Sequence record: SRR31156797_5435 | Reading direction: 5' to 3' (one strand) | Length of the DNA: 64,000 nucleotides | In this document: piece by piece, positions 53,406 to 62,675 of the stretch | How the letters are laid out: each line of letters opens with the position of its first letter | Numbering within the stretch: the stretch's first letter is position 1 | Translations under genes and position numbers: made by a program | Notes under the pieces: generated by a model | Seen by the model: the letters and a program-made list of their open reading frames with translations, nothing else | What the model was told of the DNA's origin: nothing | Database searches by the model: none

Positions 53406-54998
53406 TTACCCTTCTTTCTCTATTTTTAGGGAATCATCATCGAGCGGATCTTTCCCTTGATACTTAAAGTACGTAAAATCGGCATAGCTTCCAGCAAAGT
53501 GATCTAGATCATGGGCACTGATTCCAATGAAATTCCCTGTAAAACCACCAGACAAGAACTGGATGTTTTGCTTTTTAAAGGGATGCCACGTTTGTGATTG
53601 CCGATAGAACCATTCTGCTTCTAGATAAGAACCGACTACTTTCAATCCGATCGGCTCACTTGCAGCAGCGAGGGGCAATTTATCTGGGAACAAGTGAAAT
53701 TCTCCTTCACAACACCGCAGCAACCGAAGGACCTTGTCTTCTTTTTCATCATAGGTTACGTAGAAAAACAAATAGTTTTCTTCATTTAAGAAAAGCGACA
53801 ATCCAGCCATCTGATTGAACGATTGGGGGTGGTATTCCATCACTGTTTCAGCTTCAAAACAAAAGTCTTGTTGACGAATCGCCAATAAGTGCTTATGAAA
53901 GTTCGATTGCATCGATTCTCCGCCGATCAATCGCAAATACCCTGGTCGCTCACTCAGATTGCACCACTCTTCATTGGGCAGCAATCGTCTACCGTTCCAT
54001 GCTTTTTGCAACGATCCTTTAAAGTCATCAATAAAAACAGCAGATGATGCCCTTTGCTTCTGAGCGTCGCTAGCGAGCCTGATGGTTTGATCTGGGATCG
54101 TATCGTTATTGCTAAGACGCAGCCATCCTTCGTGATCCCAATAGACAGTTTGGAGTGCTGTCTCTCGTCCAAGGATCGCTGCCCCTTCTACTGGCCGAGT
54201 CATCAAATAGCTCATGACCCATTCTCCTGATGGCGCAATCGTCAAACTGCCATGACCTGTACATTGAAAAGGGGAATCTTCGCGCTGATAGGCACGCATC
54301 ATGGGAAAATGCGGATCTACTTCATAAGGTCCAGTGATGGTTTTACTACGACAAACTGTTACCGCATGACCTGCACCCGTTCCTCCTTCTGCCGTCAGTA
54401 AGTAATAACACTCATTGTGGTAATAAAGATGCGGTGCTTCAGTCTTCGCCAGCTGGGTTCCAGAAAAAATTGGCACTCTGTCACCGATCAAGCACCCTTG
54501 TGCTTCAGAGTATTCTTGGAGCACGATCCCCACCGATTTATTTGGTGTATCCTTACGATAATCCCAAAGCGCATTCAATAACCAGATACGCCCCTCTTGA
54601 TCATGAAACAAGGACGGATCAAAGCCACTACCATTTAAGTAAATGGGCTCACACCATGGCCCATGAATCGTAGGAGCCGTGATGAGATAGTTTCGACAGT
54701 CTTTGAAGGGGCGTGTCGTGTTGCGAACATTTGTATAGACACAATAGTATTGTCCGTTTGCGTAGCTGATTTGCGGTGCCCAAATGCTGCAATTTGCTGC
54801 GTTGCCTAATAAATCCACTTGATTGGTCAGAATATCTGTTTCATGGGACCAATTGACTAGATCTTGAGAACAGTAGACCCGAATTCCTGGCAACCACTCA
54901 AAGGAAGAAACCGCTAAATAATAAGTATCCTCGACTTTTAAAATACTCGGATCAGGATGAAACCCTCTTAAAATCGGATTATTGATTATTGCCTTCAT
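53406..54998 (-). CDS. GH43 glycoside hydrolase (xylosidase/arabinofuranosidase type)
   Basis: NPILRGFHPDPSI, WAP, FDPSLF, EAPH, GHG, GRET. Confidence 0.9.
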   Translation of the reverse strand: MKAIINNPILRGFHPDPSILKVEDTYYLAVSSFEWLPGIRVYCSQDLVNWSHETDILTNQVDLLGNAANCSIWAPQISYANGQYYCVYTNVRNTTRPFKDCRNYLITAPTIHGPWCEPIYLNGSGFDPSLFHDQEGRIWLLNALWDYRKDTPNKSVGIVLQEYSEAQGCLIGDRVPIFSGTQLAKTEAPHLYYHNECYYLLTAEGGTGAGHAVTVCRSKTITGPYEVDPHFPMMRAYQREDSPFQCTGHGSLTIAPSGEWVMSYLMTRPVEGAAILGRETALQTVYWDHEGWLRLSNNDTIPDQTIRLASDAQKQRASSAVFIDDFKGSLQKAWNGRRLLPNEEWCNLSERPGYLRLIGGESMQSNFHKHLLAIRQQDFCFEAETVMEYHPQSFNQMAGLSLFLNEENYLFFYVTYDEKEDKVLRLLRCCEGEFHLFPDKLPLAAASEPIGLKVVGSYLEAEWFYRQSQTWHPFKKQNIQFLSGGFTGNFIGISAHDLDHFAGSYADFTYFKYQGKDPLDDDSLKIEKEG

Positions 54999-55441
54999 GC
55001 AACCCCTCCTTGTTTGCTGACTGCGTCCGTTGTTTTTTTCTTGTGTCCGTCATCGCGATGGAGAAAACAAAAACCCGCCGCTAAAAAGAAACAAAAGGCA
55101 ATCGGAAAAGCGATCATTTGACTACCAATCAATGTCACGACACCAGTCAAAAAATAAATAGCACAAGATTGCTTTCGATAATTACGATAGCGAACCAGCA
55201 TCGTCGCCACTGAAACCAATATCAGGAGTGCCAACAGCGTGAAGCCAAACCAAGCGCCGAGTGTTTGAAATTGCGCCAATGCTGCTTCTGCCGTCATTTG
55301 ATTCAGTATAGTGGGAAACGCACGTTGAAAGATCTCTTCGAACTGCTGGACAGTCATTTGATTGATCGCCAAGGAAAAGCCGCCCATCAACACCAGAGCG
55401 AGAACCATCCCGATCCAGCCAGACCATTTTGCCTTGCTCAT
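54995..55441 (-). CDS. Small membrane protein (DUF4064-like)
   Basis: Three to four TM segments; overlaps both neighbours. Confidence 0.6.
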   Translation of the reverse strand: MSKAKWSGWIGMVLALVLMGGFSLAINQMTVQQFEEIFQRAFPTILNQMTAEAALAQFQTLGAWFGFTLLALLILVSVATMLVRYRNYRKQSCAIYFLTGVVTLIGSQMIAFPIAFCFFLAAGFCFLHRDDGHKKKTTDAVSKQGGVA

Positions 55442-56355
55442 TTTTCTATCACTCCTTCAAGAGTCACCCATTCAGGACGTTGGGGACTTCTTTGGTAACA
55501 ACACATTCGCTCCGTGAATGTGACCGTTTGGTGGCTTGCTGTTTTTCCCCAATCAGACCATCCGCAAGGGGCGAGCTGTTGATCAAAGCAGCAGGATAAA
55601 AAGGTTACTTTGGCTTCATTGCGCCAAGGGCGGCCTAGATAGTAGGCTTTGTCCCCTGTCACCCGACACCGATCGAAGGTTAACCCGCTTGCTTGTTTGC
55701 TAGTTGAGGCAGCAGTTACGTAGTTCGTTTGTGGTGTATTTTTACAATGCAGGCGACACTCTTCAAAGGTGACGGAACCACCGCCAAAAATAAAATCGAC
55801 TGTTCCACTGATCCTGCAATGCAAAAACAAACTCTGTTGTTGGTCAAAGATTGTTTTTCGCCAAGGACTGATCATTGGTTCGCCTTCTTTGGTATATTTT
55901 GGCAATGGACCCAGACACAAGGTATCTTGAAAAGCATCGAGATGACAGCGTTCGAAGCGAATGTCATCCCCTTCGATATAGACGGCAACTGCTTGCCCGA
56001 CTGCTTGCCCATACCCTGCGTCATTGATGATGGTCAGGTTTTTTACAAAGACTTCTCGGCTATTGATAAAGAGCGTCGCTGTTTGAAACGTTCCTCTTTT
56101 TTGCCCATTTTCATCGGTTTGCTCGGCAGCCAAGTGGTAGCATAAGAACGTGTTAGGTTCCCCGATCAACGTAAGCTGGTTCTTATAGATTTTCACCTGT
56201 TCTTGATACACGCCAGAGGCGATCGTGATTTCACAAGGTGCTTTTAAGGCTTCAGCAGCCAGCACGGCTGCTTGGATACTCGTAAAATCACCCTTTTGCG
56301 GCTCTTTACTAACCTTTAGCTTGATAGGAGGTGCTGTTTTAGAAATTCGATCCAC
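55438..56355 (-). CDS. Pectin methylesterase (CE8), no signal peptide
   Basis: F.SIQAA, GVYQE, QAVA, QDTL, DFIFG, LGRPW. Confidence 0.9.
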   Translation of the reverse strand: MDRISKTAPPIKLKVSKEPQKGDFTSIQAAVLAAEALKAPCEITIASGVYQEQVKIYKNQLTLIGEPNTFLCYHLAAEQTDENGQKRGTFQTATLFINSREVFVKNLTIINDAGYGQAVGQAVAVYIEGDDIRFERCHLDAFQDTLCLGPLPKYTKEGEPMISPWRKTIFDQQQSLFLHCRISGTVDFIFGGGSVTFEECRLHCKNTPQTNYVTAASTSKQASGLTFDRCRVTGDKAYYLGRPWRNEAKVTFLSCCFDQQLAPCGWSDWGKTASHQTVTFTERMCCYQRSPQRPEWVTLEGVIEK

Positions 56356-57206
56356 TGCGCTCTCATCTCCTTGGTTTCTTCATGACCGCCTGGCAAGCAA
56401 CACGCCTGCCAATGCTCCTTGTAGCCTATTGCTTCATAATGCTGCCCGACCTGCTGATCCAAACGAGCGACGCCGCTTGAGGGGCAGCCACGATCCTCTT
56501 TGCCAACCAAACTCAAACGCGGGCGTGGTGCGATCTGTTTTTGGATCGCCGCAGTCGTAAAGTCTTTCAACACATTAGGAACATAATAGTAAAACCCATG
56601 TTTGCTTAGACGGTCCTCTTCGATCAATGTTTGATAGTCCACTTGTGCTGCCATGTCCACCACCACTGATATCCGTTCATCTAGCGCTGCCAACCACCAG
56701 CTCATCAAGCCCCCCATAGAAAGTCCCAATGTGGCGATAGCGGAATGTTTCACTTCTTTACGGGAAGCAAGATAGGTTAAAAACTGTTGATTGTCATAGA
56801 TTCGTTGTCCCCATAATGTTTTGCCTTGCAACAGAAACCGCTTGTAGCTATCATTCTCACCGTTTTTTCGTTCGCCAAAGCCCCACATGTCGATCACCCC
56901 AACGGCGACGCCCAGCTTCATAAATGCAGCGAATAGGCTTTCTTTTTGCATATACGGCGGACTTTGTCGCAGTTCTTCTTTCCCCATCGTGAAGTCGCCG
57001 CCATGAGAATGATTGAACAAAACGAGTGGAACCGGTTGCTGAGAGCTAGGATAAGCAAAGTATGCAGGGACATCCTCTTCTTGATTTAATCGTAGAAGTA
57101 AATGTTCCAAGGTATAATTTTGCACCTGCTCTTTTGTTTGCTGAACCACTTGTGGTGCAACTTTCATATCAGGACCTAGCAGCTGAAGTAACTGAGGATC
57201 CCTCAC
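56316..57206 (-). CDS. Alpha/beta hydrolase (YtaP/dienelactone hydrolase-like; possible carbohydrate esterase)
   Basis: HSHGG, GLSMGG nucleophile elbow, IAPRP, GGH. Confidence 0.8.
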   Translation of the reverse strand: MRDPQLLQLLGPDMKVAPQVVQQTKEQVQNYTLEHLLLRLNQEEDVPAYFAYPSSQQPVPLVLFNHSHGGDFTMGKEELRQSPPYMQKESLFAAFMKLGVAVGVIDMWGFGERKNGENDSYKRFLLQGKTLWGQRIYDNQQFLTYLASRKEVKHSAIATLGLSMGGLMSWWLAALDERISVVVDMAAQVDYQTLIEEDRLSKHGFYYYVPNVLKDFTTAAIQKQIAPRPRLSLVGKEDRGCPSSGVARLDQQVGQHYEAIGYKEHWQACCLPGGHEETKEMRAQWIEFLKQHLLSS

Positions 57207-58519
57207 AAAAAATCTCCTTGAAATGCCAGAGGCTGACGATTCTCAAATGACTGTGTGACGGTGATTTCCCGGCTATTCTCGATATGGAACGCTTCAGTTA
57301 CACCTTCCAAATTGATACGATCAAACTGAATATTCCGTCCACAGCCAATATAAAAACCTTGTTTTGTCATCTCTTCGATACCTGTCATCATCGCAGGCTT
57401 TCCTGGAATTGGGTGCTCAGCCATAGAGACGGCAATATCTTGGAAAGTGATATCTGAAATAAATTGTTCAGCCAAGCCATAAACAAACCCAGCGGCCGCA
57501 TGGACATTCCGAGCCGAGATATTTGCAAAATGAATTCTCCGGAAATGAGGGGTTTCCTCGGTGATCGGGTACGGATTTTTATCCCAAACATACTTTTCTT
57601 TGCCTTTCGGTCCACAGAAATAGTAAAGATTTAAAGTGAATGGACAGATGACATTATCCATCACAATGTTATTCACTCGAATATCTTCGATCGTTCCGCC
57701 ACGTCCCCGACGGGATTTCAACCGAATCCCACGATCGGTATCTTGAAAAATACAATTACTAATAGTGACATTACGAATATCGCCGCTCATCTCACTCCCT
57801 AGAACGACGGCCCCATGCCCATGAAGCATATGGCAATTTACGATCGTGATATTCTCACAAGCGACCCGTTCTTTAGTGTCCTCCGTTCCTGATTTGATGG
57901 CGATGCAATCATCACCAACATCGATATGACAGTTACTGATGCGGACATTTTTACAAGATTCAGGATCGATCCCATCCGTATTTGGCGAATCTGCTGGATT
58001 TTTGATGCGAAGATTATCGATCGTTAGATTTTGACAAAGAATCGGATTGACGGTCCAACTGGGTGAATCGACAAGACGGATATCTTTCAACGTAATTTGC
58101 TGGCAAGAGTCAAAACTGATTAATTTTGGTCGTGGATAAGCAAGCTGTTCACGATTTTCCCGAAAGGTCTTCCACCATCTTTGCCCTTGCCCATCAAGCA
58201 TTCCTAGTCCTGTGACAGCGATATTTTCCGCATTCTCGGCATATAAACAAGAGGCATAAACTTCCCGTTTGACCCCTTCCCAGCGAGACAAAACGACGGG
58301 ATAGTCTTTGGGATCATCAGAAAATACTAAGGTCGCCCCCAATAGTAGGTGCAGTTCAATGTTACTTTTTAAAAAGAGCGCACCCGTCGGATAGCGTCCT
58401 GCGGAAAAAGTGATTCTGCCTCCTCCTTGTTGATGCAATTCATCAATTTTTTCTTGAATCGCTTCTGTCAACAGACCTTCTTTTCCTTGTAAATCAGCTG
58501 TAGTCAATTGGATATTCAT
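57203..58519 (-). CDS. GH28 (exo-)polygalacturonase, no signal peptide
   Basis: NTDG, GDD, GHG and RLKS catalytic motifs. Confidence 0.92.
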   Translation of the reverse strand: MNIQLTTADLQGKEGLLTEAIQEKIDELHQQGGGRITFSAGRYPTGALFLKSNIELHLLLGATLVFSDDPKDYPVVLSRWEGVKREVYASCLYAENAENIAVTGLGMLDGQGQRWWKTFRENREQLAYPRPKLISFDSCQQITLKDIRLVDSPSWTVNPILCQNLTIDNLRIKNPADSPNTDGIDPESCKNVRISNCHIDVGDDCIAIKSGTEDTKERVACENITIVNCHMLHGHGAVVLGSEMSGDIRNVTISNCIFQDTDRGIRLKSRRGRGGTIEDIRVNNIVMDNVICPFTLNLYYFCGPKGKEKYVWDKNPYPITEETPHFRRIHFANISARNVHAAAGFVYGLAEQFISDITFQDIAVSMAEHPIPGKPAMMTGIEEMTKQGFYIGCGRNIQFDRINLEGVTEAFHIENSREITVTQSFENRQPLAFQGDFL

Positions 58520-59637
58520 TTCTTGCTTCCTTCCTCCGTTAATGGTTGCAGCAGTAAACTCGCTTGTAAAAAGGCACCGTATCCTTTGAAATCATTCGTG
58601 ATAACGGGTTCACTGATATAGTAAACAAACGTACCATCCCGATTATCTGGTCCACCAAGACCAGCAACTTCACAGTTTCTGATCAGATTCAACCAACCTT
58701 CTTTTGTTAAAAAGACAAACTCGTCCAGCAATCCTTGATAGGTCTCTTGGGCAAACACTTGCCATTTTTGATCGATGATCCCTGCTTTGACTGCTTTCGC
58801 TGTTGCGTAACAAATCATTGAAGAAGCGGATGCTTCTAAATAATTCCCACGCTCCCTGCCTTTATCTAAGACTTGATACCACACTTTTTTCTGGGGATCT
58901 CTTACTTTAGCAAGAGCTTCTAGACAGGAGACAAACATGTTTTCTAATGGATTCTTCTGCTCTGATTCCCCTAATAGCACCATCGTATCTGCGAGAGCCA
59001 TCATGAACCATCCCATTGATCGTCCCCAGAAATTTTTTGAACAACCGGTCTCAGGATCTGCCCACGGCTGGACTTTTTGTTCATCCCACGCGTGATACAA
59101 AAGACCCGTTTTTGGATCTAGGGTATGCGTGAAGCATAAGGTGAATTGCTTGATTACATCTGCCAATGCTTCTTCTTTCTCAAATGTCAGTGCGTATTCT
59201 GTCAAAAATGGGGCCCCCATATATAAGCCATCTAACCACATTTGATATGGATAGATTTTTTTATGCCAGAACCCGCCTTCGCTTGTTCTTGGCATCTGCT
59301 GTAATTGTTGATACAGCGTGTCCAAGGCGATCTTGTATTTTGAAGCACCTGTTTCTTTGTATAGTAAGAATAAACATTTACCATTATTGATGTAATCGAT
59401 ATTCATCGCATCCATCTGATAGTTTTTGATACAACCGTCTTCGTCAATATAAACATCCATCGTGTTTTGGATATAGTCGAAATAGCGTTTATCACCAGTT
59501 TGCTCATAGGCTTCTTTCACGCCTTGTAAAACGACCCCGATGTCATAGGACCATTTTCCGTGATAAATTTTTTCTTTGCATAAGTAGTCATAGCGCTCAA
59601 ATAATGTGTTCAAAGCAATTTCCGAATAGTTCTTCAT
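58516..59637 (-). CDS. GH105 unsaturated rhamnogalacturonyl hydrolase (YteR-like)
   Basis: FWHK, WLDGLYM, WGRSMGW, YLEASAS. Confidence 0.92.
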   Translation of the reverse strand: MKNYSEIALNTLFERYDYLCKEKIYHGKWSYDIGVVLQGVKEAYEQTGDKRYFDYIQNTMDVYIDEDGCIKNYQMDAMNIDYINNGKCLFLLYKETGASKYKIALDTLYQQLQQMPRTSEGGFWHKKIYPYQMWLDGLYMGAPFLTEYALTFEKEEALADVIKQFTLCFTHTLDPKTGLLYHAWDEQKVQPWADPETGCSKNFWGRSMGWFMMALADTMVLLGESEQKNPLENMFVSCLEALAKVRDPQKKVWYQVLDKGRERGNYLEASASSMICYATAKAVKAGIIDQKWQVFAQETYQGLLDEFVFLTKEGWLNLIRNCEVAGLGGPDNRDGTFVYYISEPVITNDFKGYGAFLQASLLLQPLTEEGSKK

Positions 59638-59803
59638 GTACGATACTTCCTTTTATTGTAGTCTCCTCAATTCATAGAGCTGTTTCAATGAATCCGTTTT
59701 ACTGGCTGTATTTCATGAGGGTTCAGCTTGTTCTGCTATTTTTCAGGTGTTTTCTAGTGACCGTTTTGTTCACGGACCAGTAAAAGTCTTTGAGCCGTTT
59801 TCT

Positions 59804-60481
59804 TTAGATGATGACCTCATCTCCTTTACTGGCAACGGTTTGCTCCGTAGTCGATGCCGTTTTTGAAACCACCTGATCTGTTTCAATTGGGTGGATATCT
59901 TGAAGAATTTTTTTACCAGCAAGGGCAAAAACACCACCAACTAAGCTGCTCCCCATCAAAATGAGGCCGATCAAGAAATAGCTGCCAAGGACTAAATAGC
60001 CAACGATCAAAATCGACCAACTAATGATCGAATAATGCAGATAGCCTAAACCTAACAACGCACTCCCTCGCAGGATCTCAAACACGGTCACAAAGTTAGT
60101 GGCTGCCATGACGGTATACACGTGCATGAATAGAAAGAGAAACGCAATCAAAAAGAGGACATTCGCTACTTGGATAAACCATGGAAATGGCGCAAATATG
60201 TTGGTGATCACGATCGCTGCAATGATGAGAAACAACCAACTGATCAGCACCGATTGTCGGAACCGTTCTTTACTATAGTAGAAAAAACTTTTGATCAAAG
60301 GCGGTCGTTCGTGAAGACGAAGCCAGCGATCATAATATTTCATCATGGCATACGAGGCTGGTCCGATTCCCAAAAAGATTCCCCCCAGAAGTGTCACACT
60401 TAGCCAAAGAAAATGAAGGGCGATCAGGGTCAAAAACGCGGTTAGCCCATCGTTGATTTTCGTGATTTTCTCAATCGTCAT
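59804..60481 (-). CDS. YesL/DUF624-family membrane protein
   Basis: LHFLWL..LLGG..LGIGPA..A pattern; typical neighbour of sugar ABC systems. Confidence 0.75.
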   Translation of the reverse strand: MTIEKITKINDGLTAFLTLIALHFLWLSVTLLGGIFLGIGPASYAMMKYYDRWLRLHERPPLIKSFFYYSKERFRQSVLISWLFLIIAAIVITNIFAPFPWFIQVANVLFLIAFLFLFMHVYTVMAATNFVTVFEILRGSALLGLGYLHYSIISWSILIVGYLVLGSYFLIGLILMGSSLVGGVFALAGKKILQDIHPIETDQVVSKTASTTEQTVASKGDEVII

Positions 60482-60496
60482 ATGATCCCCTCTTTC

Positions 60497-61465
60497 TTAA
60501 TAGATACCATCTTCCCCAATTTTTTTCGCCAAACGATTCGCAAAAACAACGAGGATCAAACCTACAAGACCTTTAAACAGCCCAACAGCTGTCGAGTAAC
60601 TCAATTGACCATTTTGAATCCCGGCGGTATAGACAAAGGTATCAAAGATTTGGGCAACCTCACGGTTCATTGAGTTCATTAATAGGAACATATGCTCAAA
60701 GCCCATATCTAAGATCGAACCGATTTTTAAAATCATTAAGGTCACAATCGTCGGACGAATACACGGCAACGTGATGTGCCACATTTTACGTAGTTTGCCA
60801 GCCCCATCCATATCCGCAGCTTCATAAAGCTGTTCATCAACATTGGTAATAGCGGCTAGATAGACGATCGTCCCCCAACCGGCACCTTTCCAAAGATCTT
60901 GGAAAATGTACATTGGACGTAGCCAAGTACGGCTAGTTAAGAATGGGATACGTTCCCCACCAAGACTTTCGATCATGTTATTGATCACACCGCCTTCAGT
61001 CGTCAACAGGACGTAGAAGATTGAAACTACGATCACCCACGACATAAAATGAGGCAAATAAATAATCGTCTGGATACTTTTTTTCAAGCGACGGTTATTT
61101 ACTTCATTTAACATAAGCGCCAATAAAATAGGAAAAGGGAAGGAAATCGTGATATTTAAGAAAAACATGATCAGCGTGTTGCGCATCAACATCACAAAAG
61201 TATCTTCAGTAAAGAGCCGAATAAAATGAGTAAACCCAACAAAGGGACTGCCTAAGATCCCTAAGAATGGCTGGTAGTCTTGAAAAGCGATGACTAAACC
61301 GCCCATTGGAATGTAACGAAAGATAATAAAATATAAAATACCTGGCAATACCATAATATAGAGCGCACGATTTTTTCTGATTTGCGCCCATTTTTTCTTT
61401 TTCAACCGCAGTCGCTGTTCTTCTTCAGTAAGTGGTGAGAAGTAATTATCAACTTTTGTTTCCAT
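60497..61465 (-). CDS. Carbohydrate ABC permease (YteP/LplB-like)
   Basis: YLPHFMSWV, EAA motif LYEAADMDGA; start at METKV behind GGAGG. Confidence 0.92.
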   Translation of the reverse strand: METKVDNYFSPLTEEEQRLRLKKKKWAQIRKNRALYIMVLPGILYFIIFRYIPMGGLVIAFQDYQPFLGILGSPFVGFTHFIRLFTEDTFVMLMRNTLIMFFLNITISFPFPILLALMLNEVNNRRLKKSIQTIIYLPHFMSWVIVVSIFYVLLTTEGGVINNMIESLGGERIPFLTSRTWLRPMYIFQDLWKGAGWGTIVYLAAITNVDEQLYEAADMDGAGKLRKMWHITLPCIRPTIVTLMILKIGSILDMGFEHMFLLMNSMNREVAQIFDTFVYTAGIQNGQLSYSTAVGLFKGLVGLILVVFANRLAKKIGEDGIY

Positions 61466-61724
61466 ACTTGTTCCTCCGAGTTTTTTTGATTTGATAGTCC
61501 CATGGTAGCGTGTAAGAAAGATAACGTATATAATCATTTTCTCAGCATTGGAAAGGCATACATTTTTTAGGATTATTTCTCGGTCGAATTGGAAAACCAT
61601 TGATTTATCAACGTTTGTCATGATTGTGATTTTTTTAACATGTAAAAGTGATTATATACGTTGTCCCCGCCTCATGATACGTTGGAAATACCTATTTAAG
61701 TAAAAAAAGATGGAGGTTTTTCCT

Positions 61725-62612
61725 ATGCAACAAACCCTAAAAAAAACGAACCGCCCGAAGAGTGAACGGGTTGTTCAAGGATTTATTATCGGTTTTCTAC
61801 TACTCTTTACCTTAATGTGTCTCTTGCCTTTTCTGAACATTCTCGGAAGCTCCTTTGCTTCTTCTTCTGAGATTGCGACACGAACATTTATCATTATCCC
61901 ACGTGAATTTAGCTTAAATGCTTACCGGTATATTCTCTCGACTCCCACGATTTTTACGAGTATTGGTGTTTCCCTTTTTGTGACCATCGTCGGAACGGTT
62001 CTTTCAATGATCTTGACCTCTTTTATGGCCTATGCTCTTTCAAGAAAATATTTGCATGGACGTGGCATCTTCAATTTTATTGTCGTATTTACGATGTTGT
62101 TTAGCGGAGGGATGATCCCAAGTTTTATTTTGGTACAAAGCCTCGGCTTGATCGATTCTCTCTGGGCACTGATCTTACCGAGCGCCATCAGTGCATATAA
62201 TATGATCATTATGAGAAACTTTTTCCAAGGGATTCCTGATAGTTTAGAGGAATCAGCAAAAATGGATGGTTGCTCTGATTGGGGCGTCTTTTTCCGTATC
62301 ATCTTACCTCTTTCCTTACCATCGATTGCGACGATCTCTTTGTTCTACGCTGTTAGTTATTGGAATACTTATCAATCAGCGATTTTGTACATCAATGATT
62401 CAGCGAAATGGCCGATCCAAGTGCTCCTTCGACAAATCGTGATTGTCTCCAGCGGGATGAACGCCGATGCCGCTAGTGTCGATGTTGTCCCCCCAGCACA
62501 ATCCGTGAAAATGGCCGTGATCGTCGTTGCGACTTTGCCAATGTTGATCGCCTATCCATTTGTCCAGAAGTATTTCGTGAAAGGTGCCATGGTTGGTTCC
62601 GTCAAAGGGTAG
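61725..62612 (+). CDS. Carbohydrate ABC permease (YtcP/LplC-like)
   Basis: FSGGMIP, LEESAKMDG, YPFVQKYFVKG..GSVKG. Confidence 0.92.
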   Translation: MQQTLKKTNRPKSERVVQGFIIGFLLLFTLMCLLPFLNILGSSFASSSEIATRTFIIIPREFSLNAYRYILSTPTIFTSIGVSLFVTIVGTVLSMILTSFMAYALSRKYLHGRGIFNFIVVFTMLFSGGMIPSFILVQSLGLIDSLWALILPSAISAYNMIIMRNFFQGIPDSLEESAKMDGCSDWGVFFRIILPLSLPSIATISLFYAVSYWNTYQSAILYINDSAKWPIQVLLRQIVIVSSGMNADAASVDVVPPAQSVKMAVIVVATLPMLIAYPFVQKYFVKGAMVGSVKG

Positions 62613-62624
62613 CCAACAGGCAGC

Positions 62625-62675
62625 AAAGAAAAAAAGCGTTTTTTGATCGTTGATCAAAAAACGCTTTTTTTCTTT
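62625..62675. terminator. Bidirectional terminator with long perfect arms
   Basis: aaagaaaaaaagcgttttttgatc-gtt-gatcaaaaaacgctttttttcttt. Confidence 0.8.

Noticed and set aside
59640-59803. Intra-operon gap with the inverted repeat TTTTACTGG/CCAGTAAAA
   Set aside because: Only a 9-bp long-range pairing with no recognisable motif or ORF; insufficient support
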